A DNA stretch of 64,000 nt from assembly GCA_965206645.1 (NCBI GenBank), contig CBDBKE010000003.1, forward strand, positions 160,001 to 224,000. Direction: 5' to 3'. Below are positions 11,844 through 25,289 of the stretch, piece after piece (the stretch's first letter is position 1; each line of letters starts with the position of its first letter). A program made the translations under genes and the position numbers. This DNA is from Terriglobia bacterium. GTDB taxonomy: Bacteria; Acidobacteriota; Terriglobia; JAJPHL01; JAPKYU01. Under the pieces are notes generated by a model. It was not told the DNA's origin, did not search any database, and saw nothing but the letters and a program-made list of their open reading frames with translations.

Positions 11844-12029
11844 CTAGGTAGACACCGCCACCGGCTTGGATTCGGGCGCATCCTGCGCCAGAAAACGCTC
11901 CTGCTCCAGACACACCGAGCAAAACTCGCCCTCGCCATGCTCGGGGCACATGTCGGCGCTGCACTCCACGCAGGTTTCCGGAGCTTCGCTGATCTTTCCT
12001 TGCTGGAAGCACAGGTCGCAGATGGTCAC
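11844..12029 (-). CDS. Small Cys-rich putative zinc-finger protein (61 aa)
   Basis: CDLC...CVEC...CPEH...CSVC; GTG start overlaps upstream stop (GTGA); AAAGGA RBS. Confidence 0.7.
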   Translation of the reverse strand: MTICDLCFQQGKISEAPETCVECSADMCPEHGEGEFCSVCLEQERFLAQDAPESKPVAVST

Positions 12030-12331
12030 GGGCGAATTCCTTTCCGCGGCGGCTGGCAGCCGCCGGCAATGGAGGGAATCAACAGGACTTCATCCCCCTC
12101 GGCGAAGGTGTAGTTGGTGCCGCCGAGGAAGCGGATGTCCTCGTCATTCACGTAGACGTTGAGGAACGGGCGTGGCTGGCCCTGCTCGTCGCACAGGTTC
12201 TTCGTAAGCCCGGGGAACCGGCCTTCCAGCTCCTGGAACAATTGCGGCAGGTTCGCCGCCGTACAATTCACCTCCTCGACGCCCTGGGTGTGGCGGCGAA
12301 AGGGAGAACCCAGTCGAACTGTCACTGCCAT
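12026..12331 (-). CDS. MoaD/ThiS/CysO-family ubiquitin-like sulfur carrier protein
   Basis: FLNVYVNDEDIRFLGG...GDEVLLIPSIAGG followed by a 10-aa extension. Confidence 0.9.
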   Translation of the reverse strand: MAVTVRLGSPFRRHTQGVEEVNCTAANLPQLFQELEGRFPGLTKNLCDEQGQPRPFLNVYVNDEDIRFLGGTNYTFAEGDEVLLIPSIAGGCQPPRKGIRP

Positions 12332-12405
12332 CTTTACTCCTCGGCCCGCGAAGGGGCCTGAACTCGAAGTCTCCCGCTTTCCAGCGTGACGGATCAGGTT
12401 GCCGC

Positions 12406-13680
12406 TCAGTTCGCCACGGCGGCCTGGCCAACCGGTACAGCAGCTTCTGAAGCGCTACCGAGTACCACGCGGTCAAACTCGGCCAGCTTGGGGGCAATGG
12501 TAAATTCCCGCCCGCCCACGCCCGAGACCGCTTCGGTAGTCTTCAATCCGTTCCCGGTGATGCAGAGCACCGTGGTCTCGTCGGGCGCAATGCGACCTTC
12601 CCGGAGCAGCTTCTGGAAGCAGGCCAGAGTCACGCCACCGGCCGTTTCGGCGAAGATGCCTTCGGTGGAAGCGAGCAGGTGGATTCCTTCGACGATTTCC
12701 TCATCGGAAACGTGCGCGCCCCAACCTCCAGATTCGCGCATCGTCCGGGCGGCGAAGAAGCCGTCGGCCGGGTTGCCGATGGCCAGCGAGCGGGCGATGG
12801 TGTTCGGTTTCTCCGGCAAGATCTGCTCCCGGTGCTCCTCCACAGCTCGCGAGATCGGGGCACAGCCGCTGGCCTGCGCTCCAAAAATTTTCACCCGGCC
12901 CGGCTCGACCAAGCCCAACTGCCCCAGTTCACCAAAGGCCTTGTGAACTCGCCCAATCAGAGAGCCTCCAGCCATGGGAATGACGACAGCCTGGGGCAGT
13001 CGCCAGCCCAGCTGCTCGGCGATCTCGTAGCCCACGGACTTGGAACCCTCGGCGTAAAACGGGCGCAGGTTCACGTTGACGAACGCCCAGCGCCTATGCT
13101 GCGAGACCTGCGTGCACAGCCGGTTGACAGCATCGTAGTTGCCGTTGACGCGCACGAGCGTGGCCCCGTAGATCCGGGTGTTCACCAGCTTGGCTTCTTC
13201 CAGCTCGGCCGGCACAAACACCACCGCTTTCAGGCCGGCAAAAGCCGCCTGCGCGGCCACGGCGTTGGCCAGGTTCCCGGTGGAGGAGCACGCAATGGTA
13301 TCAAAGCCGAATTCGATGGCCTTGTTCAGCGCCACCGCGACCACCCGGTCTTTGAAGGAGAGCGTGGGGAAGTTCACCGCGTCGTTCTTGAGGTAGAGCG
13401 CGCGGTGCCCCAACGCTTGGCCCAGATGCTTGGCCGGCAGCAGCGGGGTGAAGCCCACCGGTAGGGGCGCGGCGGGCGGGCCGCTCAGGGGTAGCAACTC
13501 TTGGTAGCGCCACAGATTGAGGGGTCGTGACTCGAAGGCACGCGGCGGAAGCTGCTTCCGCAGTGCCGCGTAATCGTAGGTCGGCTCCAGAGGAGCGAAG
13601 CACTCTTCACAAATCGAGGCCGGCTCCGCGGCGACTAAACGCCCGCATCCGCGGCAGGTGAGCCCCAGCAAGTAGTTCAT
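12406..13680 (-). CDS. Threonine synthase-like PLP enzyme (candidate sulfur-carrier-dependent homocysteine synthase)
   Basis: N-terminal CxxC...CxxC, PTLSFKDR PLP lysine, SSTGNLA, EGSKS, ITGNGLK. Confidence 0.88.
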   Translation of the reverse strand: MNYLLGLTCRGCGRLVAAEPASICEECFAPLEPTYDYAALRKQLPPRAFESRPLNLWRYQELLPLSGPPAAPLPVGFTPLLPAKHLGQALGHRALYLKNDAVNFPTLSFKDRVVAVALNKAIEFGFDTIACSSTGNLANAVAAQAAFAGLKAVVFVPAELEEAKLVNTRIYGATLVRVNGNYDAVNRLCTQVSQHRRWAFVNVNLRPFYAEGSKSVGYEIAEQLGWRLPQAVVIPMAGGSLIGRVHKAFGELGQLGLVEPGRVKIFGAQASGCAPISRAVEEHREQILPEKPNTIARSLAIGNPADGFFAARTMRESGGWGAHVSDEEIVEGIHLLASTEGIFAETAGGVTLACFQKLLREGRIAPDETTVLCITGNGLKTTEAVSGVGGREFTIAPKLAEFDRVVLGSASEAAVPVGQAAVAN

Positions 13681-13742
13681 CGTTCCTTCCTTACTGTCCC
13701 TGATCCGTACTTGCTAGGAGGTCGCCTTACTCGGCGGGCAAC

Positions 13743-13772
13743 AAAAAACCCCTTCCGGGGCTGGAAGAGGTC
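13743..13772 (-). terminator. Intrinsic terminator of the SAM riboswitch expression platform
   Basis: Minus strand ACCTCTTCC-AGCCCC-GGAAGGGGT followed by a T run. Confidence 0.8.
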
Positions 13773-13791
13773 ATTTCTCTACCTCGCCCCC

Positions 13792-13916
13792 TAACATCTT
13801 CCCCCGTGCCTTCACGGAGCAGGAGTTGGCACCTCGACCCCCCGCTCTTGAAAACCCAGCGGGGGCGGTTGCCGTGGCGTCTACGGGCCTGTTCCCTCAG
13901 CCACTCTGGATGATTC
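13792..13916 (-). ncRNA. SAM-I (S-box) riboswitch
   Basis: Minus strand ATCCAGAG-TGGCTGAGGGAACAGGCCC...GGCAACC...GGTGCCAACTCC...AAGATG matches the SAM-I core; terminator and sulfur-amino-acid genes follow. Confidence 0.92.
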
Positions 13917-13950
13917 AGGGACTGAATCAACTATTCAATTGTCGAGCAGA

Positions 13951-13980
13951 ATTGTAACCAGCGGGTGGGGAAGATGTCAA
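13951..13980 (-). promoter_or_regulatory. Sigma70 promoter driving the SAM riboswitch leader
   Basis: TTGACA-N18-TACAAT. Confidence 0.7.
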
Positions 13981-14080
13981 CATGAATTTTACTCCTCTTT
14001 CCAATGACCGGCCAACCATCCGGATTGCAGCCTCCAACAGGGCGTTATCCGCTTATAATTATCGGGCACGACGGCTGGTA

Positions 14081-14854
14081 ATGGAACGGGCTGCATCGCC
14101 TCTGGCATCGCCCCTGGCATCTCCTCTGCCATCTCCTCTGATTGTTGCGCTGGATTTTCCCTCCGCCGAGCCGGCCGTCCAGCTCGTCGAGTGCTTGCGG
14201 GCTGTTCCGGTGGAGTTGTTCAAGGTAGGCAGCGAGCTGTTTACCGCCGCCGGTCCTCAATTTGTGTCCGAGACCTTGCGGCAGAAAAACCGGGCCGTAT
14301 TTCTCGACCTGAAATTCCACGACATTCCCAACACGGTAGCGGGCGCTGCGCGTGCCGCTGCCCGCCTGGGCGTATCGCTGCTAACGGTGCACGCAGCGGG
14401 CGGCCTGGCCATGATGCGTGCCGCCGCCGGCGCGGTCCGCGAGGTTTCGCCAGAAACCCGCTTGCTGGCAGTGACGATGCTGACCAGTCTGGCCCAGGAG
14501 GACCTCGTGCGCGGAGGCGTGGCTGGTGCGCCCCAGGACCATGTGTTGCGCCTGACGGAGATGGCCGTCCAGGCGGGGCTGGACGGCGTGGTGGCTTCTC
14601 CTGAGGAAGTCGCCGCGTTACGTCGGCACTTTCCCCGACCGTTTCTCTTGGTCACGCCCGGGATTCGCCCAAGTTGGGCGAGGAGAACGTCGGCGCAGGC
14701 AGAAGATCAACAGCGGGTGGCGACCCCCGCCGGCGCACTGGCTGCTGGCGCCGATTTAATCGTGGTCGGCCGCCCGATCACCGCCGCCCCCGATCCAGAG
14801 GAAGCAGCGAACAGAGTCCTGGAGGAACTGCAAGCGGGTACCAGACCCTTCTGA
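14081..14854 (+). CDS. pyrF: Orotidine 5'-phosphate decarboxylase
   Basis: LIVALD, FKVG, FLDLKFHDIPNTV, VTPGIR, DQQRVATP, VVGRPIT; start at 14081 inferred. Confidence 0.95.
   Translation: MERAASPLASPLASPLPSPLIVALDFPSAEPAVQLVECLRAVPVELFKVGSELFTAAGPQFVSETLRQKNRAVFLDLKFHDIPNTVAGAARAAARLGVSLLTVHAAGGLAMMRAAAGAVREVSPETRLLAVTMLTSLAQEDLVRGGVAGAPQDHVLRLTEMAVQAGLDGVVASPEEVAALRRHFPRPFLLVTPGIRPSWARRTSAQAEDQQRVATPAGALAAGADLIVVGRPITAAPDPEEAANRVLEELQAGTRPF
14093..14140 (+). repeat. 4 x 12-bp tandem repeat encoding (A/P)SPL at the PyrF N-terminus
   Basis: gcatcgcctctg gcatcgcccctg gcatctcctctg ccatctcctctg. Confidence 0.9.
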
Positions 14855-14960
14855 TCTTTAGCCTTTCCTGGCGGTCTCTTGTCTCTTCCTTTGAGGTATA
14901 CTGGCGACCAGCAGTAGGAGCTGTAGCGGGTAACCACTCGGCCTAAAGGGGAGGGCGGAG

Positions 14961-16223
14961 ATGATTTGTCCTCACTGCGGATTTACCAACAAACCCATAG
15001 CCACTCGCTGCGAATGCTGCCTGGGAGACTTGGCTGACGCGTCGGTAGATCCCCTAATGGACACGCAGTCCGCTGCTGAAGCCGCCACGGAACCGGAGCC
15101 AGGTTCGCCGCTCCCACCTTCTGAGGTCCCACCACCCGCCAGTCCCAGCGACATGGAGGAGCAGCCGGCCCCTGCCACCCTTGCTGAACCGAGCCGAGTG
15201 CCAGCTCCTTCGCCGCATGTCCCAAGGGCTGCAACCGCCGTCATTATTGGGCTGGTTGTGCTGGGCGCGCTGGGTGGTTTGTGGTTGATGAGGTCACGGC
15301 TGGGATCGTCGCAACTGTTGAGCGAACGTTTGGGAATCTCGAGCAAGCCAGAGGCAGCGCAGCCCAGCGAACCCGCTGCGCCGGCATCGCCGACGGAAGT
15401 CGCGCCCACCGACCCCGCCACCGACGCGCCATTAGAGACGTCGGCCGAGCCGGGGGCCGAGCAGCCACCGTCCCTCCCTCTTTCCACCGAGACCGTCCCG
15501 GCGGTCTCCCCGGAGGATAAGGCTGCAGAGGCACGCTATCAGAGAGCCGTGAATTCCCTGAGTAGGGGACAGCCTACCCATTCGCGCCGGATGCTCCAGG
15601 AGATCATTCGGAAGTATCCCAACAACCGTTTTGCCGAGGCCGCCCGCGATCTGCTGCAGCGGACACCCAAGCCGCGGCCTGCGCCGGCGCGCAGCCCAAC
15701 CGTGGTGGCCCGAGCGACTCGTCCCTCTGCACGCACGCGACGCCAAGCACCCGGGCCTGTCGCTGACCCAAGCGAGAGCGCCAACGAGGGTAAGCGTTCC
15801 GTCATTACTACAGATGACCTGCTCGAAGGCCGAGGTGGGGCGCGGACTACCCGGCGCCGGAAGCAGACTTCAATTCCTCCTTCTCTACGAGCCGCCCAGG
15901 CACGCCCAGTCCAAGGCGCTAGCGCCGCTGCCCGGAACGACGTGCGACTAATCTCCGCCACGCGCCAGCCAGGGAAGGTGGTGCTGTTGGTCCAGTATCA
16001 TCTAGTCAGCCGCCACCAGCGCCCGGTCCTTGTTGGGGCGTGGGCACTTGGCGGGGGTTCGGCCCGGAACTTTGGCTACAGCGCTTCGCCCATCGCCCCG
16101 GGGCGGGGCACCACCACGGTGACCCCGTCCGGCGTCTCTCCCAATTTATCCCGCCTGCGCATCGCTTTCATTGAACAAGGTGGGCAGCGCTTCTTCACCA
16201 AGGACCTGACTGTTCCCAAATGA
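14961..16223 (+). CDS. Hypothetical membrane protein: zinc ribbon, Pro-rich linkers, TM helix, TPR-like segment
   Basis: MICPHCG...CECC; one TM; ARYQRAV...IIRKYPNNRFAEAA TPR-like; GGGAGG RBS. Confidence 0.75.
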   Translation: MICPHCGFTNKPIATRCECCLGDLADASVDPLMDTQSAAEAATEPEPGSPLPPSEVPPPASPSDMEEQPAPATLAEPSRVPAPSPHVPRAATAVIIGLVVLGALGGLWLMRSRLGSSQLLSERLGISSKPEAAQPSEPAAPASPTEVAPTDPATDAPLETSAEPGAEQPPSLPLSTETVPAVSPEDKAAEARYQRAVNSLSRGQPTHSRRMLQEIIRKYPNNRFAEAARDLLQRTPKPRPAPARSPTVVARATRPSARTRRQAPGPVADPSESANEGKRSVITTDDLLEGRGGARTTRRRKQTSIPPSLRAAQARPVQGASAAARNDVRLISATRQPGKVVLLVQYHLVSRHQRPVLVGAWALGGGSARNFGYSASPIAPGRGTTTVTPSGVSPNLSRLRIAFIEQGGQRFFTKDLTVPK

Positions 16224-16427
16224 GTTGGTTGACATTGGTCCGCAGTCTAGAGTTCTGGACAGCAGTTCTGTCTAAGTTCCCTAAGATGATCGTTGCGACC
16301 TTGTCCTCCGGAAGATGGGCATTTCTCCGCGAGTGGCCGGTTGGGGAACGACCCTTGCTGAAGAGCCTTGAGGAATTCGGCGGACCGAGGTGAAAGAATC
16401 CGGAATCGTTAAGCCAGAAGGAGAATC

Positions 16428-17249
16428 ATGCTACGGGCGTTAAGTGGCGCAACCACCATGCAGGCCGACCTGCCGACCGATATTCAGGTGGCTCGACAGG
16501 CCGGATTTTCCCTGCTGGAGCTGAGCGCCCCCAAGCTGCGAAAATTTCTGCAATCGGGCACCGCGGTCCAGGTTGTGGAAATGCTGGAAGCCGCCCAGGT
16601 GCGCCCGCTGAGCATTGTCTCGGTGGAGGGCATCACCTACGCGGGCGACCAGTGGGAACGTGTGGAGCACGAATACCGCCAGTTGGCTCGGCTGGCTGGT
16701 GAGATCGGCTGCGAAGTGCTGGTCGCCAGTCCCGGGGCACGCCCTGCCGGCGTCACCGATGGGGAAGTGAAGGAGGAATCGGTCAGCGTCCTGGAAGCGC
16801 TGGCTGACATCGCTTCGGCCGACGGGGTCAAGCTCGGCTTCGAGTTTCTCTCTCGCCGCTCCTGTTCGGTCCGCACCCTGGAGCAGGCCTCGGAAATCAT
16901 CTCTGAACTCGACCGTCCAGACGTAGGCCTGGTGCTGGACACATTCCATTTCCATGCCGGCGGTTCCAACTGGGCTTCCCTGCGCCGAATGCAAGCAGCC
17001 AAGCTGTTCATCTTCCAGGTGAGCGACTGTGAAAACCTGCCGCGAGCCAAGCTGCAGGACCAGCACCGGCTACTTCCCGGCGCCGGCGGTCTTCCCCTCG
17101 GCAAGATCTGGCAGGAACTGAATGCGATTGGCTATGACCGCTTGGCCTCGGTCGAGGTGCCCCGCCCAGAATACTGGAAGCGTGACCCGCAAGAATTGGC
17201 CACCGAGGCTCGCCAGACGCTGGAAACAACGCTGGGTCTGAAAAAGTGA
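16428..17249 (+). CDS. Sugar phosphate isomerase/epimerase (IolI-like TIM barrel)
   Basis: LGFEFL, GLVLDTFHFH, RLLPG, SVEV; AAGGAG RBS. Confidence 0.85.
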   Translation: MLRALSGATTMQADLPTDIQVARQAGFSLLELSAPKLRKFLQSGTAVQVVEMLEAAQVRPLSIVSVEGITYAGDQWERVEHEYRQLARLAGEIGCEVLVASPGARPAGVTDGEVKEESVSVLEALADIASADGVKLGFEFLSRRSCSVRTLEQASEIISELDRPDVGLVLDTFHFHAGGSNWASLRRMQAAKLFIFQVSDCENLPRAKLQDQHRLLPGAGGLPLGKIWQELNAIGYDRLASVEVPRPEYWKRDPQELATEARQTLETTLGLKK

Positions 17250-17313
17250 ACGGCCGATATCCTCGTATGTAGCCTTTGGCCGGTTCACCACTAACCAGAT
17301 CTGGAGAAATCTA

Positions 17314-17925
17314 ATGAAGACGAGCTCTTGGGCGACGGTGGGTAGCCCGGCTCCCGACCTTGTCTACTCCAACCAGCAAGGCGAGACCATGCACCTGGCT
17401 GAGCTGTGGGCCAAGGGACCGGCGATGCTTGTCTGGCTTCGCCACTTCGGCTGACAGTTCTTTGTCGAGATACTGGCGCAGTTGCGCGAGAAGTTGGCTG
17501 AATTCGAAAGCCGTAGAGTACAGGTGACCTGTGTGGTCCAGGGCACTGCAGAAGAAGCCGCTCGATTCTGTGGAAGACACGGGCTGGCTGAGATCTGCAT
17601 CGCCGACCCCTCCAAAGAGAGCTATCGGGCCATGAACCTGGGACGGGCCTCCTGGCGGAACATCCTCTTCGCCTCTCCGGACTATCGCCGGCGCAGGGCC
17701 GAGGCCGGCCAAGCCGGCTGCCGCAACAGCCTCACCGGGGCGTTGCAGAAGCACAGTGCCGTGCTGCAATTGCCCGGCGCTGCGCTCGTCGCCCGGGGCG
17801 GCAACATCCTGTGGCTGCATCGTAGCTCTCATCCCGGCGATCTGCCCTCCGCCGAAGCGCTTCTCAAGGTAGTGGATCAATACTTGGAACGGCCTGTCTT
17901 GGAACGGCCTGAAGCTTCGTCCTGA
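17314..17925 (+). CDS. Peroxiredoxin-like (AhpC/TSA, PRXL2/SelL-related) redoxin, putative selenoprotein with in-frame TGA at 17452-17454
   Basis: GGAG RBS + ATG 17314; VGSPAPD...LAELW...[19 protein letters not shown] continues in frame into ORF 17482..17925 ([15 protein letters not shown] motifs). Confidence 0.8.
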
Positions 17926-18014
17926 GGCTGGGTCCTCTTTGCTGCCTGCACCCTGCCGCCTTTGCTCCAAACCCAAGGAGCAACACCAAATCTGCCACGT
18001 GTCATAATGGAGGG

Positions 18015-19511
18015 ATGTTGGTGCGCGTGCGCTTTGCACCCAGCCCGACCGGGCAACTGCACGTGGGCAACGCGCGTACGGCGCTGTTCAATTGGTTGTT
18101 TGCTCGGCAACAGGGCGGTGCGTTTATTGTGCGCATTGAAGACACTGACGTCGAGCGCTCCGAGCCGGGCTCCGAGGCACAGTTAATCGGCGAGCTGCGC
18201 TGGCTGGGCTTGGATTGGGACGAAGGCCCCGACGTCGGTGGCCCGCACGGCCCCTACCGGCAGTCCGAGCGCCTTCCCCTCTACCGGAAATACGGCGAGC
18301 AGTTGATTGATACCGGCTCGGCCTACTACTGTTTCTGCAGCCCGGAGCAACTGGAGGCGGACCGGCGGGCGGCGCTGGCTGCGGGCCGCCAGCCGATGTA
18401 TGCCGGACGCTGCCGCGACATCGCCCCGGTCGAGGCCCAGGCGCGGCGCAGCCGGGGCGAGCCCGCCTCCATCCGGCTGAAGATTCCCCCGCGTCCCATC
18501 CGCTTCCACGACCTGGTTCACGGGGAGGTGGAATTTTCCCACGAGGTGATTGGCGACCCCATCCTGCTGCGCTCCGACGCCACCCCGGCTTACAACTACG
18601 CCGTCGTGGTGGATGACGCGCTGATGGCGATCACCCATGTGATCCGGGGCGACGACCACCTGTCCAACACGCCACGCCAGGTGGCCGTTTACCAGGCGCT
18701 GGGCTGGGAGCCGCCCCAGTTTGCGCACCTTTCCACCATTCTGGGCAGCGATCACACCCGGCTGAGCAAGCGCCACGGCGCCACTTCGGTCAGCCACTTT
18801 CACCAGCTCGGCATCCTGCCGGAGGCGCTGATGAACTACCTGTCGTTACTGGGCTGGTCGCCTGGCGAAAGCAACCGAGAAATCTTCTCGCCGTCGGAGC
18901 TGGTGGAAGCCTTCCGACTGGACCAGGTGACGAAGGGCCCGGCAATGTTCAATTCGGAGAAACTCTACTGGCTGAATCGTCATTACTTGAAGCAGGCTGA
19001 CCCGGAGCGAGTGCTACGGCTGGCCATCGGCGTCTTCCAGCAGGCTGGGCTGGTCGGCGAGGCGCCAGACCAGCCGACGCGGGGCTGGCTGGGCAATGTA
19101 CTGGAAACGGTTCTGCCCTCGGTAGACCACCTGAGCCAGTTACCCGAGCGCACCGAGTTAATCTTTGCCTATGAGGCGCGCACCGCACTGCACTTGCCGC
19201 CTAACCAGGAAGTGCTGGCCGCCCCGGGAGCCGCCGAAGTGCTGACTAGTTTCCTGCGCCACGCGCTGAGTGACGGCGAGCTGACCATGCAGCGCTTTCG
19301 CCAGATCATGGACGCGGTCAAGCGGGAGACGCAGCAGAAAGGCAAACGCCTGTTCCACCCGGTGCGGGTGGCGATCACCGGCCATCCTTCGGGGCCCGAG
19401 CTGGACAAGCTAATTCCGCTGCTGGAAGCGGGCAGCCGCCTGCCTCTGCCCCGCCATGTGAAGAGTGCGAGGGAGCGCCTGGAGGAGTTCGCGCGCGAGT
19501 ATCGCCGGTAG
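18015..19511 (+). CDS. gltX: Glutamate--tRNA ligase
   Basis: [12 protein letters not shown] (HIGH), RIEDTD, YRQSER, RLSKR (KMSKS). Confidence 0.96.
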   Translation: MLVRVRFAPSPTGQLHVGNARTALFNWLFARQQGGAFIVRIEDTDVERSEPGSEAQLIGELRWLGLDWDEGPDVGGPHGPYRQSERLPLYRKYGEQLIDTGSAYYCFCSPEQLEADRRAALAAGRQPMYAGRCRDIAPVEAQARRSRGEPASIRLKIPPRPIRFHDLVHGEVEFSHEVIGDPILLRSDATPAYNYAVVVDDALMAITHVIRGDDHLSNTPRQVAVYQALGWEPPQFAHLSTILGSDHTRLSKRHGATSVSHFHQLGILPEALMNYLSLLGWSPGESNREIFSPSELVEAFRLDQVTKGPAMFNSEKLYWLNRHYLKQADPERVLRLAIGVFQQAGLVGEAPDQPTRGWLGNVLETVLPSVDHLSQLPERTELIFAYEARTALHLPPNQEVLAAPGAAEVLTSFLRHALSDGELTMQRFRQIMDAVKRETQQKGKRLFHPVRVAITGHPSGPELDKLIPLLEAGSRLPLPRHVKSARERLEEFAREYRR

Positions 19512-19532
19512 CGGCACCCTAAAGGGTGCCAC
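19508..19532. repeat. GTAG-type REP-like palindrome
   Basis: GTAGC-GGCACCCT-AA-AGGGTGCC-AC between gltX and rlmB. Confidence 0.55.
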
Positions 19533-19548
19533 CTGGCCGGGCACGCCT

Positions 19549-20295
19549 ATGAGCACCATCGCCGGGATCCACGCCGTTCGTGAAGCGTTGCGCGCCGGGC
19601 ACCCGCTCGAGCGCGTGCACGTGCGGGAGCAACACAAGACCTCGGCGCGCCTGCGCGAGATTCTGGATCTGTGCCGGCACGCTGGCGTGCCGGTGCGCCG
19701 GGAAACGCGGGCGCAATTGGATCGGTTGGCGCCCGGAGCCGTGCACCAGGGAGTGCTGGCGGTGGCCGGGGCGCACCCCTACGCGGAACTCGAGGCAGTC
19801 CTGGAACGGCTGGAGCACGCTGGGGCTAACCATCGCGGCCTGCTGGTGGTGCTGGATGGCATAGAAGACCCGCACAACCTGGGCGCAATCATCCGCAGCG
19901 CCCACGCCGCCGGCGCCGATGCCGTGGTGATTCCCGAGCGACGCGCTGCGGGCCTGACTCCGGCGGCGGCCAAGGCTGCCGCCGGCGCCCTGGAGTATCT
20001 TCCGGTGGCGCGGGTTACCAACGTGGGACGCGCGTTAGAGGATTTGAAGCGTCGCGGCTTCTGGATCGTCGGCCTGGACGAGCGCAGTCAGAAGAGCCTG
20101 CTCGAGATGGACCTGACTGTCCCAACTGTGCTTGTGCTGGGCGCCGAGGAAAGTGGCCTACACCAGCAGACGCGCCAGAAGTGCGATTTCCTCGCCTCGA
20201 TTCCCGTCGTCGGCCGCCTGGCTACTCTGAACGTCTCGGTGGCCGCGGGGGTCGCTTTGTTCGAAGCCTTGCGCCAGCGCCGCCCTCCGGCCTAG
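19549..20295 (+). CDS. rlmB: 23S rRNA (Gm2251) 2'-O-methyltransferase
   Basis: GIHAVREAL, HQGV, LDGIEDPHNLGAIIRSA, LGAEESG, LNVSVA. Confidence 0.93.
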   Translation: MSTIAGIHAVREALRAGHPLERVHVREQHKTSARLREILDLCRHAGVPVRRETRAQLDRLAPGAVHQGVLAVAGAHPYAELEAVLERLEHAGANHRGLLVVLDGIEDPHNLGAIIRSAHAAGADAVVIPERRAAGLTPAAAKAAAGALEYLPVARVTNVGRALEDLKRRGFWIVGLDERSQKSLLEMDLTVPTVLVLGAEESGLHQQTRQKCDFLASIPVVGRLATLNVSVAAGVALFEALRQRRPPA

Positions 20296-20341
20296 CGCCA
20301 TGCCTGCACTCCTCCGGCAACAGATGGTCCTAGCCCTGCCA

Positions 20342-20364
20342 TGTCATCCCGAGCGCAGCGAGGG
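20342..20364 (+). repeat. Partial TGTCAT-type REP-like repeat
   Basis: TGTCATCCCGAGCGCAGCGAGGG resembles the start of the element at 51664. Confidence 0.45.
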
Positions 20365-20447
20365 TGATGCTTTTCAACGACAGCAAACGCTATCGCTGGA
20401 AGGGGCACGGAAGTCGACACCGGTTACTCAACACTGGCTACTTGCAG

Positions 20448-21494
<1,047 letters not shown>

Positions 21495-21522
21495 GTGAAA
21501 ACCGCCGAATTCACCATTTCCT

Positions 21523-22317
21523 TCAGCCGAACTGTCGAAAACCCTGCGTGGCAAAATATAGCAGTATGAACAAGGTTGTGTTGTACGCCAGGTGAACAAA
21601 GTAGGGTGGAGCCAGCGAGCCGGTCCGGGCCCGAATCCAGGCAAGTAGCAGGCCGATTCCGAAGATGGCCGCCACTTGCAGTGCCCCGCCGCGGAGTTGG
21701 GGGACGTGGATGGCCGCAAACAGCAGCGAGGTGCTCCAGATTGCCACGCGCAGCCCCCCGGCCTGTTCGAACGCGGCGAACAGGAAGCCGCGGAAAATCA
21801 CCTCCTCCACCAGCGGCGCCACCAGGATGCCGAAGGCAGCCAGCAGGTAGGCCGCCTCCTGGTTGTGGAACAGTCGCTCGATCGGGAGCCTGGTCTCGTT
21901 GGGAAGCGACACGATCTGCACCAGTACAGCCAGAGCTGCCCCGGCAAAAACGAAGTTGGCTGCGCCGGTGCCGGGAGCACGCGGCCAGCGCAGTCCGGCC
22001 CAGAACGGGAATCGGTGTTTGAACCGGACCACCGAATAGATGTAGAACATCAGCAGCAGATAAAGGAAGCTCTGCAGCAGTAACACTGCCAGCACATTGG
22101 CCCTTGGTGCAGGCTCCTCCGGAGCGGGCATCATGCCCAAGGCGGCCAGGAACAGCAGGAACAGCACGACGGGCAGGGCCTCTAGCAAGCTCCAGGCGGG
22201 CTGTGCTCTTGCAGGCGCCGGCTCGGCCACACCGGCTGCCGTAGCGGGGGGACCACCGGGCGGCGTCCGGGCCGGAGCAGGTTGCGGTTCCAAGTTCGAA
22301 TTGCTGCTATCAGGCAT
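21523..22317 (-). CDS. CPBP/CAAX (Abi) family intramembrane metalloprotease
   Basis: [20 protein letters not shown] motifs; multiple TMs. Confidence 0.88.
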   Translation of the reverse strand: MPDSSNSNLEPQPAPARTPPGGPPATAAGVAEPAPARAQPAWSLLEALPVVLFLLFLAALGMMPAPEEPAPRANVLAVLLLQSFLYLLLMFYIYSVVRFKHRFPFWAGLRWPRAPGTGAANFVFAGAALAVLVQIVSLPNETRLPIERLFHNQEAAYLLAAFGILVAPLVEEVIFRGFLFAAFEQAGGLRVAIWSTSLLFAAIHVPQLRGGALQVAAIFGIGLLLAWIRARTGSLAPPYFVHLAYNTTLFILLYFATQGFRQFG

Positions 22318-22384
22318 TGCCTCTCGTCTGGCCTAACCAAGCCGGCGAGGCGACCAAGATCTTGTGTCGCCCCGCACCACCACC

Positions 22385-25189
<2,805 letters not shown>

Positions 25190-25259
25190 GCCCCTCAGCC
25201 AGACCTTGCAGCAGGCATGTCGCCACAGGTAGGAATTTCGGCGACTGCCTAACCCAACA

Positions 25260-25289
25260 ATGTTACTTCATGGCGGAAAGAAGGGTCAA
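25260..25289 (-). promoter_or_regulatory. Putative sigma70 promoter of uvrA
   Basis: TTGACC-N18-TAACAT. Confidence 0.55.
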
